From a virus (Duplodnaviria; Caudoviricetes), in the IMG/VR virus record IMGVR_UViG_3300037228_000056, positions 1 to 63,344 of that record: DNA of 63,344 bases. One strand, written 5' to 3'. The notes under the pieces were generated by a model that made no database searches, had not been told where the DNA came from, and worked only from the letters and a program-made list of their open reading frames with translations. A program made the position numbers and the translations under genes. Below are positions 1 through 9,030 of the stretch, in pieces (the stretch's first letter is position 1; each line of letters begins with the position of its first letter).

Positions 1-359
1 GCGAGGGCCTTCCAGTCCGGCTGCCAGCCAGACGGGAGCGAGTCGTAGTCAGACAGGTAGCTGGCCGTCTCGCGGATCGCGGCCGGGATGCCCGATCCGT
101 CAGTCAGGAGGACGCCGCCGGCGACGCGGGCGTCGGCCTCGCGCTCGAACTGGGTGCGGTAGGTGTAGGTGCCGTAGACGATCGGCCGGCCGTCCGCGTG
201 CACGCGGACCATGATCGTCGCCGATGCCTTGCGGTTGGCCTGGAACTCGTAGGTGTTGTCGTGGTCGGCCCACTCGGCCGACGCGATGACGGGCCAGATG
301 TCCTCGTCTATCTTGATCGGTGCGCGCCCGGTGAGGGTGATGGTGTGCTGCTTGCCCAT
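1..359 (-). CDS. Hypothetical protein, 3'-truncated by window edge (MGKQHTITLTGRAPIKID...)
   Basis: ATG at 359 with GAAAGGA SD (376-370); open to window start, so absent from the ORF track. Confidence 0.7.
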   Translation of the reverse strand, partial: MGKQHTITLTGRAPIKIDEDIWPVIASAEWADHDNTYEFQANRKASATIMVRVHADGRPIVYGTYTYRTQFEREADARVAGGVLLTDGSGIPAAIRETASYLSDYDSLPSGWQPDWKAL

Positions 360-478
360 GCCTGCGGTGTCCTTTCCGTTGTCCTGACCCTGGCTCATCA
401 GCGCGCGGCGGGTCAGTTCCGCGCGGACGGCCGAAGCCGTTTCGCCTTCGCCAGATGGCGGGCGGCAACTCGGGGCCG

Positions 479-697
479 TTAGCGGGCCTGGAGGCTGTAG
501 CCGTTGCGGCGCTGCCCGTCGTCGAAGATCAGGCCGGCGCGGAGCGCGCGCTGCACGGCGCGGGAGCCGTAGGCGTGGGACCCGTTGGGGCCGATGGCGA
601 TGGCGGCCTGCTGCTGGGTGCAGCCGGGGTGAGAGGCGACGTACTCGGCGGCGGCGGTCATCGCGGGGCCGATCCGGGGGGCCTTGGTGCTGGTCAT
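479..697 (-). CDS. Small winged-HTH-like protein
   Basis: 72 aa ORF with AGGAG SD; YVASHPGCTQQQAA...VQRALRAGLI pattern. Confidence 0.6.
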   Translation of the reverse strand: MTSTKAPRIGPAMTAAAEYVASHPGCTQQQAAIAIGPNGSHAYGSRAVQRALRAGLIFDDGQRRNGYSLQAR

Positions 698-738
698 CGT
701 GTGCTCCTAGGGGGTTGCGTTCCCTTGCTGATACCTCC

Positions 739-817
739 ACTATGCCAGTACAAGCGTACTCAAGTCAAGTAGGTTCCCAGGAAATTCTCGACAGCCCTAG
801 TACGCAGGTACTAGACT
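739..817. promoter_or_regulatory. Divergent promoters with two AGTAC-N4-GTACT operators
   Basis: Minus strand TTGACT-N18-CATAGT; plus strand TAGACT 7 nt before ATG 825; palindromes at 747-760 and 799-812. Confidence 0.6.
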
Positions 818-824
818 CGGTCCC

Positions 825-1310
825 ATGACAGCACTAGAGGCAGCCGCGCCCGAGAGCCGGCTACAGGTCCGGGTACCGGGCCGCACCACCGCATTCCTCG
901 CCGGCCGCGCCGAGCGCGCCATGACCGGCGCTAGCCTCAACCAGCAGGCCAGGAACGAGCTGAAGCTATGGCAGGCCGCACTCGCCGCCGAGCTGCACGG
1001 CATCAGGCTCACCGTCGCCCAGGCGTCATGCGTCGCCGACGTGCTCGGCGGCTCCCTGCTCACCGAGTCGGTCAGCCGCCCCGGCCGCGTCTACGCGGAG
1101 TGCTACGACGCGTTCAGGATCGCTGGCGCCGGCAGGTCGAGCTACGCCGAGAAGCACGGCATCGACGAAAGGGGGCTGCTGGACTACCTCGGGACGCTCG
1201 GCCCGGCCGCTGACCACGCCCTGGCCGACGCGATAGGCCGGTGGTGGGACCAGGAACTCGAGGCGACCGCCGAGGGATTCGCCGTCGCCGGCCTCAGGGT
1301 GACCGCGTGA
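825..1310 (+). CDS. Hypothetical protein, possible regulator, leaderless
   Basis: 161 aa ORF; -10 TAGACT 7 nt upstream. Confidence 0.65.
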   Translation: MTALEAAAPESRLQVRVPGRTTAFLAGRAERAMTGASLNQQARNELKLWQAALAAELHGIRLTVAQASCVADVLGGSLLTESVSRPGRVYAECYDAFRIAGAGRSSYAEKHGIDERGLLDYLGTLGPAADHALADAIGRWWDQELEATAEGFAVAGLRVTA

Positions 1311-2059
1311 GCCCCGGCGCCCCGGTGCGGGACTTCCTGCTCCGGGGCCACTACAGCGACACGCGGTCGCTCGGCCCGGACGACCTCGCGGCGATGCGCC
1401 CGGCCGCGCCGCCGAGGCCGCGCAAGCCCAGGGCGGCGCGGGTGGTTCCCGCGCCGGCCGTCACGCCCGCGTCGGACGTGGTGTTCGGCGGCATCGCGTG
1501 CTTCTGCGGCGAGCGGTTCGGCCCGGACCGGGCGGCTGAGTTCATGCTGCACCTGCGTGCCGAGGTGGGCGGCGACCTGGCCGAGCTGGCCCGGATCAGG
1601 GAGTGGCGCCGCAAGGTCGCCGGCAACCCCGGGTACCGGGCACGGCAGGCGGCGCGCGTCCGCGAGCGCAGGGCGGCGGACCCGGAGTTCCGCGAGCGGC
1701 TCAACGCGGCCCAGCGCGAGCGCCGGCAGCGCCCCGACGTGGCGGAGCAGCGCCGGGAGTACCAGCGGGCGCCCGCGCAGAAGGCGCAGCGGAACGCCAG
1801 GCAGGCCGAGCGGCGCCGGGAGCAGGCACGGCCGTGCCAGTGCGGGTGCGGGGAGATGACATCCCAGCCCGGCGTGAGGTACAAGGCCGGGCACCACAAC
1901 CGGGTGAAGCCGACCCGCGTCACCGACCCGGCGAAGGTAGCCGAAGCCGTGCAGCGCAGGAACGCGGGCGACGCGGTACAGCTGATCGCGACGGCGATGG
2001 GCGTGCACCCCGAGACGGTCCGGCGGTGGCTCCGCTCGCCTAACGGCCACGCGCAGTAA
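1307..2059 (+). CDS. Cys-motif plus C-terminal HTH protein
   Basis: GTGA overlap start; CQCGCG...GHHNR motif; IATAMGVHPETVRRWL HTH. Confidence 0.65.
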   Translation: MSPGAPVRDFLLRGHYSDTRSLGPDDLAAMRPAAPPRPRKPRAARVVPAPAVTPASDVVFGGIACFCGERFGPDRAAEFMLHLRAEVGGDLAELARIREWRRKVAGNPGYRARQAARVRERRAADPEFRERLNAAQRERRQRPDVAEQRREYQRAPAQKAQRNARQAERRREQARPCQCGCGEMTSQPGVRYKAGHHNRVKPTRVTDPAKVAEAVQRRNAGDAVQLIATAMGVHPETVRRWLRSPNGHAQ

Positions 2060-2101
2060 CCGCCTGGACTTCCCAGGCACGGGCAGAGAAGGGGTCAGCG
2101 C

Positions 2102-2374
2102 TCATCGCGCCCGCTCCGCCGATGCGTCGTCAATCTCATCGGCCACGAGGTCCGCCATTGACCGGAGCGCCTCCGCTGCCGTCGCGCCCTGGGCGAACAT
2201 GCCCGGCCGCGACGGGACCGACGCGACCCAGCCGCCGTCAAGGTCATCGGGACGCAAGATGACGGTCAGGTCGCGCCGCAATCCGGCCGCGACCCGGATG
2301 GCGCCTGCCGGGTCGGCCGCGCCGGGGTAGATGCCCCGGCCGACCGCGTAGCCGGGTTGGGTGAGGTCGCTCAT
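2102..2374 (-). CDS. HicB-like antitoxin domain protein (no HicA seen)
   Basis: DGGWVASVPSRPGMFAQGATAAEAL, the typical HicB N-domain pattern; ATGA overlap with the GntR gene. Confidence 0.75.
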   Translation of the reverse strand: MSDLTQPGYAVGRGIYPGAADPAGAIRVAAGLRRDLTVILRPDDLDGGWVASVPSRPGMFAQGATAAEALRSMADLVADEIDDASAERAR

Positions 2375-2703
2375 CCCATCTCCAGCCGTCTCTTGATCTC
2401 GTCCACGTCGGCACGGAGTTCGGCCAGCTGCTCACGGACGGCGGCGAGGCGGTCAGGCGCCCTCGGGACGCCGACCGGCTCCCGGTTCACCACGTAGGTT
2501 CCCGCTGACCTGACCGGCTGCACGTACCCTTGCTCGGCGAGCACCCTCATGGCCCGCTCGATCGTGGTCGTGGCGACGCCGTACTCCCTCGCCAGCGCGG
2601 TCTTGCCGGGCAGCTTGGACTGGAGCTGCCACTCGCCGGCGCCAATGCGCGACGCCATCTGGTCCGCTATCAGCCGGTAGCCCGGCCGGGAGTCGCCCGC
2701 CAC
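2371..2703 (-). CDS. GntR-family repressor (KorSA/TraR-like)
   Basis: YRLIADQM...LPGKTALAREYGVATTTIERAM...GTYV; probable leaderless GTG 2703 (TACGCT 6 nt upstream); divergent from the tra genes. Confidence 0.85.
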   Translation of the reverse strand: MAGDSRPGYRLIADQMASRIGAGEWQLQSKLPGKTALAREYGVATTTIERAMRVLAEQGYVQPVRSAGTYVVNREPVGVPRAPDRLAAVREQLAELRADVDEIKRRLEMG

Positions 2704-2967
2704 ACGCAAAGCGTAGAGCGTCCGCGATCTTCGCGGCAGTTCCCTGCCCGGCCCGGCTTTCGCCGTTGCCTTCCCGCCAACGTCTGGCATACTTGTAGCG
2801 TACAGCGAGTTAGCCAGTCCGGCACCGACGACCGAGACAAGCACGCATCCAAGGACGCCCGTCCCTCCCCGCTCACCTCGTTGTGCGGTTTCCCGGCGAC
2901 GATCACGACGCACGCGGAAGGCGGGGAGGGACGGGCCTTATCTGGAATGACTCAAGCGGAGGGCGCC

Positions 2968-4311
2968 GTGATAGCCGAGGAAAGCACGGACACCGCGAGC
3001 CCGCCGCTGGCACCGCCCGTCAGCCCGCCAGCCGAGGACGTGAAGCTCCAGGGCCGCCGCTGGCCCCTCATCGCCGCCATCGGCCTGGCCGCCGTGATCA
3101 CCGTCACCGCCGTCATCCACGGGATGGGCGGGAGGGACGCGCTGATAACCGGCGGCATCGTCCTGGCCGTGGCCGTCGTCGGCGTGGTGCTGTGGCGGCT
3201 GCCCCACCTTCGCCGCCACTTCGCCCGGCCTCGCGGGATGTCCCGCCGCATCCGGACCGAGCGCAGCCACCAGCGGCGGATACTGGGCGGCCACTCGCCC
3301 GGCAAGGGGCTCGGCCGTCTCGGGCTCGGCTCGGGCGCCGGTCACGGCAGGCGCGGCCGGGCCGGGGGCGGCTTGCCGCTCGCTGGCCACGGCCAGTCAG
3401 GCGCGCGGCGCGGCCTGCGGTCACGGCTCCCGGCGTGGGTGCCCGGCTCGGCCAGGCGCGCTCAGCGAGCGCAGGCGCGGGCAGCCGCCGCGAAGGCCGC
3501 CGGCGCGGCAGCGGGCAAGAAGGGCGCGCCGGCCGCGACAGGGAAGAAGGCCGCGGGGCCCGCTGCCAGGGGCCGCGCCGGCAGGAAGGCCGCGAGCGGC
3601 GCAACCGGGACCGGCGCGAAGCCGCCGCCTGCGGGTACCCGCAGGCGGCGCGCCCGGCGCAAGGCCGAGGCTGCCCTGGCGCTTCCTGCGGCCGGGGTCG
3701 CCGCAGCGGTCAGGCGGGCACGGCGCAGGAAGACCCGCAAGGCCGGCAAGGTGCCCTGCGAGCGGTGCGGCAAGCCCGCCAAGAGCGAGGTCACCTGGGC
3801 CGACGGCCACAACAAGGGCACCCAGATGCTGTGCGACGGCTGCTGGGAAAAGGGAACGGCAGCGGCGCGGGAGGAACTCGGGCTGACCGATGACGAGCCC
3901 GACCCGGAACGGCAGCCGGGGACCGCGATCAAGCCTGACGAGACGGCATCACCACCACCAGCGAGAGGACTCAGCATGAGCGGCATCGAGGCAGTGACAG
4001 AGGCGATCGACGCCCACATCGGCGGGTTCGAGCCCGAGAGCGGCGAGGATCTCGACCATTTCCTGGCCGGCCTGCCGGGACTGTACCAGTCGATGGGCGC
4101 GGCGCTGCAAAGGCTGGCCGACCGGTTCGGTGACGAGCTGCCGGTGCATCCCGCCGTCCGCGACCACATCGGCGAGATGGCCGCGACCACGGCCGGGCTG
4201 TCCGAGTTCGCGGATGAGGCGTACCGCATCCACCGGACGGCTCACGCTAAGGAAATGGAGCGGCTGGAGAATCCGAGACCTGGTGAAGAAATCTGGGATG
4301 TGAAACAGTGA
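2968..4311 (+). CDS. Membrane protein with C-terminal TraA-like domain (possible internal start at 3976)
   Basis: GGAGGG SD; two TM segments, basic linker, CxxC...CxxC; second SD GAGAGGA plus ATG 3976; directly precedes traB. Confidence 0.65.
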   Translation: MIAEESTDTASPPLAPPVSPPAEDVKLQGRRWPLIAAIGLAAVITVTAVIHGMGGRDALITGGIVLAVAVVGVVLWRLPHLRRHFARPRGMSRRIRTERSHQRRILGGHSPGKGLGRLGLGSGAGHGRRGRAGGGLPLAGHGQSGARRGLRSRLPAWVPGSARRAQRAQARAAAAKAAGAAAGKKGAPAATGKKAAGPAARGRAGRKAASGATGTGAKPPPAGTRRRRARRKAEAALALPAAGVAAAVRRARRRKTRKAGKVPCERCGKPAKSEVTWADGHNKGTQMLCDGCWEKGTAAAREELGLTDDEPDPERQPGTAIKPDETASPPPARGLSMSGIEAVTEAIDAHIGGFEPESGEDLDHFLAGLPGLYQSMGAALQRLADRFGDELPVHPAVRDHIGEMAATTAGLSEFADEAYRIHRTAHAKEMERLENPRPGEEIWDVKQ

Positions 4312-6284
4312 CAACTTTTCGCATCGCTGATCTATCGGAGACCGAGGGCAGCCCGCTAGCAAGGAGGCCGCGAATGCCCGCCCCCCGCAGCAAGCCCGAG
4401 CCGCACTGGTGGCGGCACGCGGCCGAGGTGACCCCGCTCGCCGCGCTGGCGCTGTTCGCCGCCGTGGCGCTGTCGCGCGCCTTCATGCTGCCGTGGTGGT
4501 GCGTCCCGGCAGGAGTCGCAGCGGCCGGCTTGTGCGCGCTGACGGCGGTCGCGGCGATCGCGGCCGAGCCCGTCGCGAACTGCTACGCCGCCGCGTGCTC
4601 GGCGATAGCGGCCGGGTGGGTCACCTACGCCTGCCTCACGTCGCCGTGGACGGTGCGGGCCGGGTTCGCGCTGGCCGTCCCGACCCTGATGGCCGGGATG
4701 CTGTACCCGGTCGTGGCCGGGCACCAGCGGCACCTGACCGAGAAGGCCAGGAAGGACGCGGAGGCGGCGCGGCGGGCGGCCGAGCAGCGCAAGTGGCCCG
4801 ACCTGCTGGCCAAGGCCGGGGCGCGCGGCGTGGCAGTCGTGGCGAACGAGGAGACGCGGGCGGGCCGGACGCTGCGGCTCGCCCTGCCCGCGAGCGGCCG
4901 GGTGACGTTCCGGAACCTTGAGCGGCTGGCCGACCGGCTGGAGACGGCGGGCAGGCTGCGCCACGGCGCGATCCGGTTCGAGCAGGGCGAGCACGCCGGG
5001 GAGGCCCTGATGCACGTCAGCGAGAAGGACATCCTGGCCCTGACCGTGCCCTACCCCGACGACCTGTCCGACCTGACCGTGAACAGGCCGTTCCGGGTCG
5101 GCACCTATGAGGACGGGTCGCTCGCGGACATCCTGTACCGCGAGATCAAGATCCTGATCGTGGGCCTGACCGGGGCCGGGAAGTCCAACACCCTCAACGT
5201 CCTGATCGCGCAGCTCGGCCGGTGCGTCGACACGGTCATCTTCATGATCGACCAGAAGGGCGGCCGGGCGGCGCTGCCCTGGATCCAGCCGTGGCTCCAG
5301 GGCCGCGCCCCGCGACCCGTCGTCGACTGGGTGGCCACCACCCGCGATGAGTCCGAGCGGATGCTGCGGGCGATCCTGCGCGGCATCGACGCCCGCGCCC
5401 ACTCCGGGGCCGGCGGCGAGAAGATCACCCCGTCTGCCGCGATGCCCGCCGTGGTGCTGATCATCGACGAGATGGCCGTGATCTTCGGCGCGCACGGGGG
5501 CCCGAGGATCGGCGCGGGCACCACCAACACCGCCCTCGCGGGCCTGGGCACGCAGATAGTCCAGCTAGGCCGGTCCGAGGCGATAGACGCCATCCTGGCC
5601 ACCCAGCGGGGCACCGTCACCATGACCGGCGGGGGCGACCTCAAGTCCCAGTGCCGGCTCAGGATCGGGCTGGGCGTCGCCAGCGAGGCGGACGCGCGGA
5701 TCATCATCCCCGACAACGCCTCCGTGGCCCGGCTGCTCCCGAAGCTGAAGCATCCGGGGACCGGCATCATCTCGCTGGGCGATGACGCGGTGAAGCCGCT
5801 GAAGTTCGACCGGCTGGAGAACGACCGGATCAGCGCGATAGCCGAGGAACTCGGCCACCGCCGCCCGGAGCCCGACGAGGTGCTCGCCGCCGCACTGGGC
5901 GACGACTACGCGCTGCGGTGGACCTCGGAGCGAGCGGGCCACATCCCCGGCTTCGCCCGCGCTGCGGTGCTCGCCGCCCCCGGCCGCGATGTCGACTGGG
6001 ACGGCGAGTTCGAGCGGCTGACGGCAGGCCAGTTCCCCGCCGCGCCCCAGCCCGAGCCAGAGCCGGACGGCAAGCCGCCTCACCCGGCGCGGGCGCGGAT
6101 GCTGGAGATCCTCCGCCAGCGCGGCGTGATGGGCGCGACCCCGGCGGACCTGCACAGGCGGCTCACCTCCGAGGGCCTGGCCGTGGCCAGGGAGACCGTG
6201 CAGCGCTGGCTCAAGGACGAGGAGAAGGCGGGCAACGTGAGGAACGCGACCTACGGCCGGTGGAAGGCGGTTCGCGGTGACTGA
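4308..6284 (+). CDS. traB: FtsK/SpoIIIE-family conjugal DNA translocase (TraB-like)
   Basis: N-terminal TMs, Walker A GLTGAGKS, IDQKGG, Walker B LIIDE, ATQR, C-terminal wHTH (RETVQRWL...GRW). Confidence 0.85.
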   Translation: MTTFRIADLSETEGSPLARRPRMPAPRSKPEPHWWRHAAEVTPLAALALFAAVALSRAFMLPWWCVPAGVAAAGLCALTAVAAIAAEPVANCYAAACSAIAAGWVTYACLTSPWTVRAGFALAVPTLMAGMLYPVVAGHQRHLTEKARKDAEAARRAAEQRKWPDLLAKAGARGVAVVANEETRAGRTLRLALPASGRVTFRNLERLADRLETAGRLRHGAIRFEQGEHAGEALMHVSEKDILALTVPYPDDLSDLTVNRPFRVGTYEDGSLADILYREIKILIVGLTGAGKSNTLNVLIAQLGRCVDTVIFMIDQKGGRAALPWIQPWLQGRAPRPVVDWVATTRDESERMLRAILRGIDARAHSGAGGEKITPSAAMPAVVLIIDEMAVIFGAHGGPRIGAGTTNTALAGLGTQIVQLGRSEAIDAILATQRGTVTMTGGGDLKSQCRLRIGLGVASEADARIIIPDNASVARLLPKLKHPGTGIISLGDDAVKPLKFDRLENDRISAIAEELGHRRPEPDEVLAAALGDDYALRWTSERAGHIPGFARAAVLAAPGRDVDWDGEFERLTAGQFPAAPQPEPEPDGKPPHPARARMLEILRQRGVMGATPADLHRRLTSEGLAVARETVQRWLKDEEKAGNVRNATYGRWKAVRGD

Positions 6285-6345
6285 GCCGGGGCGGAAAATG
6301 CCCGCGACCCCAGAGCTAGATGAGGCCGTTTCTGAAGGTGTGACA

Positions 6346-6495
6346 GTGATCCGGGGCGGTGACCTGCCAGGATCACGGATCCCGGCGCTGAGCAGGCAAA
6401 ATCACGGCGGATCACGATCACACCTCACTCACACCTCACACCCGGAATCACTGTCCCGATCACTGCCGGATCACTCCCTGGGATCACATCCGTGA
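6346..6495. repeat. (G/A)ATCAC repeat cluster, candidate clt (TraB recognition locus)
   Basis: Copies at 6371, 6400, 6410, 6416, 6446, 6458, 6469, 6482; inverted copy at 6346; additional TCAC runs; immediately 3' of traB. Confidence 0.6.
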
Positions 6496-6830
6496 CCCGC
6501 CGGGGAACGGTCGCGGTGCTCGTCATCACCGCCGCGGTGGCAGGCGACGGGATCGGCCGCGAGCAGGACGCCATGGCCCGCGTGCTGCACGTCACGGTGA
6601 TCACGGTCGGCTCGGCCGTCCTGGCGCTCGTGGTGGTGGCGGTGACCTGGGTGACCGCCCGCAGGCGGCACCGGAGGCGGTCCCGCCGCGTCATCACCCC
6701 CCCGCCTCCCCGCCGCGTCCTGCCTGCTGAGGCGCCATTCGGGCCGCCCGTGCGCAAGCCCGGCCGCCCCCTGGCCGTGAACCCCGCGCCGGTCCCCCTG
6801 ACCGGCGCCGTCACCGAGGAGATCGCATGA
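6492..6830 (+). CDS. Small membrane protein (Spd-like)
   Basis: TM segment followed by Arg/Pro tail; lies in the coupled operon after traB. Confidence 0.5.
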   Translation: MTRRGTVAVLVITAAVAGDGIGREQDAMARVLHVTVITVGSAVLALVVVAVTWVTARRRHRRRSRRVITPPPPRRVLPAEAPFGPPVRKPGRPLAVNPAPVPLTGAVTEEIA

Positions 6831-7060
6831 CCCAGCTCATCGAGGTGCTTGCCGCCCTGGCCCTGACATGGGTGGTCCGCGCCCGGTTCTGGCCCTACGC
6901 CCAGTGCCGCAGGTGCGAGGGCCGCAAGGTCAACGTCGGCAGCAACGGGAAGCGCTACGGGCTATGCGGCAAGTGCCATGGCGCGGGCTCGCGCGTCGTG
7001 CTCGGCGCGAGGACGGTGCGGCGGGTTCTGCACGCGCCGTCACTGGACAAGAAGGGATGA
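6827..7060 (+). CDS. Membrane-anchored DnaJ-like Zn-finger protein
   Basis: CRRCEG...CGKCHG; GAGGAG SD; ATGA overlaps. Confidence 0.7.
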   Translation: MTQLIEVLAALALTWVVRARFWPYAQCRRCEGRKVNVGSNGKRYGLCGKCHGAGSRVVLGARTVRRVLHAPSLDKKG

Positions 7061-7860
7061 CCGTGGCTGACCACGCGAAGAGGTTCCCGCGCTGGCCGCT
7101 GATGCTGATAGCCCTGTCAGCGATGACCGCGATCTGGGGCGGCTGGGTCTCGCTCGGCGCGCTGACAGGGTTCGGCATGGTCCGGCTTGACCCTGGCATC
7201 CGGCCGGCGGTGAGCGTCGACCTGGCGCTGACGCTGCCGGTGTCGGTCGAGGCGTACGCCGCCTACGCCCTGGCCGCGTGGCTGGGACCGTGGCAGGTGC
7301 CCGCCAGGGCGCGCAGGTTCGCGATGTGCTCGGCCGGCTTCGCGCTGCTGCTCGGCCTGTCGGGGCAGGCCAGCTACCACCTGCTGGCGGCTCATCACGC
7401 CCGCAGCGCGCCCGCGCTGGTGACGGTCCTGGTGTCGTCCGTGCCGGTCATCGTGATCGGCTGCGCGGCCACGCTGACCCACCTGCTGCGAGGCTCAGCC
7501 GAGCCGTCTGCTGACGTGTCAGCGCAGCCGCGCCAGGTGCACCCGCTGACGGCCGCGCTGATAGCCCGCGTCGCCCCTGCGCCCCCGGCTGTCAGCCAGC
7601 CACCGCCTGAGCCTGCCAGCGTCCCGTCAGCGCCGCCCCGCCGCAAGCCGTCACCGAGGCGCGCTGCGAGCACCAGGGCCGAGCGGGAGCAACAGCAGCG
7701 GGACCGGGTGAGAGCCGCGCTGACAGCCGACCCGAAGGCTACGGTCAGGGACATAGCCGGGCGCGAGGGAGTGTCTGAGGCTACCGTCGCGCGGGTCAAG
7801 AAGGCGATGCGGGAAGAGTCCGCCGGGCCTGTCAGGCTGCACTCGGTGGCGGGAGAGTGA
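7057..7860 (+). CDS. SpdA/SpdB2-like (DUF2637-like) membrane protein with C-terminal HTH
   Basis: Four TMs, LPVSVEAY motif, Pro-rich linker, TVRDIAGREGVSEATVARV. Confidence 0.75.
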   Translation: MTVADHAKRFPRWPLMLIALSAMTAIWGGWVSLGALTGFGMVRLDPGIRPAVSVDLALTLPVSVEAYAAYALAAWLGPWQVPARARRFAMCSAGFALLLGLSGQASYHLLAAHHARSAPALVTVLVSSVPVIVIGCAATLTHLLRGSAEPSADVSAQPRQVHPLTAALIARVAPAPPAVSQPPPEPASVPSAPPRRKPSPRRAASTRAEREQQQRDRVRAALTADPKATVRDIAGREGVSEATVARVKKAMREESAGPVRLHSVAGE

Positions 7861-7888
7861 TGGCCATGGTGAGAGAGGATCGGGGATC

Positions 7889-8322
7889 ATGAGCAAGCGG
7901 ACCCACTGCGACGGGTGCGGAACCGGGCTGAGCCTCCGCAAGGGCGGCGCACCCGAGGATGACGACAACTTCCCCGTCCGTTACGTCCACGGAGAGCACA
8001 CGAGCGGGAGCGATGTCCGCGAGCTGCCTAAGCCGGGCGGCGAGTTCGACTGGTGCGGACCCTGCGCCTTCGCCGCCTTCGCCGCCGTCCGCGACGCCAA
8101 CGCCGGGCGACGACGGGCATGAGCGACCCGTGCCCGGCAGCCACCCGGGCCATGACCAGCCGCCTGAGGCTCGCATGGTGGTGGACGCGCGGCCTCCTGG
8201 TGTGCTACGGCCAGCACTCAGGCGGGACGGCTTTCCGCAAGCGCAGGCCCGGCCACCCCGGCAGGCACCGGACCGGCAACGGGCAACTGCGCTGGAAACG
8301 GGGGCCAGCCGGGATCACCTGA
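7889..8322 (+). CDS. Two small hypothetical genes (7889-8122 Zn-ribbon-like; 8119-8322)
   Basis: CDGC...WCGPC; ATGA coupling. Confidence 0.5.
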
Positions 8323-8361
8323 CCGCAGTCAGGCCAGGGTCGGAAATGAGAGGCTGAGACA

Positions 8362-8976
8362 GTGACCTGGATTGCGAAGTGGAACAAGGCAATGCGCTGG
8401 GTTCTCCTTGCCTGCGCAGCGCTGGCGTGGGCCTTCATCGTCCCCCTGGCGAGCCGCGACTGGGCGGTGATCCTCCCCGCGCTCCTCATCACCGGCTGCG
8501 CCGTCCTGTACTGGCAGGTCGCCACCGCGATCTACTGCAAGGCGGCACCGTTGCCGCCCGTGGACTATGCCCGGATCACCGAGCTTGAGATGGACCTCTA
8601 TGGCGAGACGTTCCGCCACGACGGGGCACCGGAACCGCCTGCCGCGCCTGTACGCTCACCGGAGCACCAGCACGGGTACTCAGCCGCGCCCGGCAGTGAA
8701 CGCGAGATAGGGCTTTTCACCGAAGGGTCAGCGCAGCCGGCCGGCCGCGTGGTGAACCTCACGCGGTGGAGCGGGATCAGCGGCGGCTCGTTCATGTCGG
8801 CCGAGTACATCCTCGGCGACCTCGATGCGCGCATCGCCAGGACGTGGTCCGTCCCGCCGCCGCAACCCGGCTACGGCACGGACTCGCGGATCACCGATCT
8901 CCTGAACTCCTGCCGCCGTGGATTCATCAGCCCCAGCGATGTTGAGCGCCTGATTCGCGAGTTGCCGCCGTCCTGA
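8362..8976 (+). CDS. Hypothetical membrane protein
   Basis: Two N-terminal TMs; GAGAGG SD. Confidence 0.55.
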   Translation: MTWIAKWNKAMRWVLLACAALAWAFIVPLASRDWAVILPALLITGCAVLYWQVATAIYCKAAPLPPVDYARITELEMDLYGETFRHDGAPEPPAAPVRSPEHQHGYSAAPGSEREIGLFTEGSAQPAGRVVNLTRWSGISGGSFMSAEYILGDLDARIARTWSVPPPQPGYGTDSRITDLLNSCRRGFISPSDVERLIRELPPS

Positions 8977-9030
8977 CGGGGTGCCCCGCGCGCTAATCTC
9001 GGCAGTAACCACGCGCACCGGGAGTGATAG

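Noticed and set aside
2938-2940. In-frame TTA in ORF 2530-4311
   Set aside because: Lies upstream of the likely start (ATG 2947 or GTG 2968), so probably untranslated
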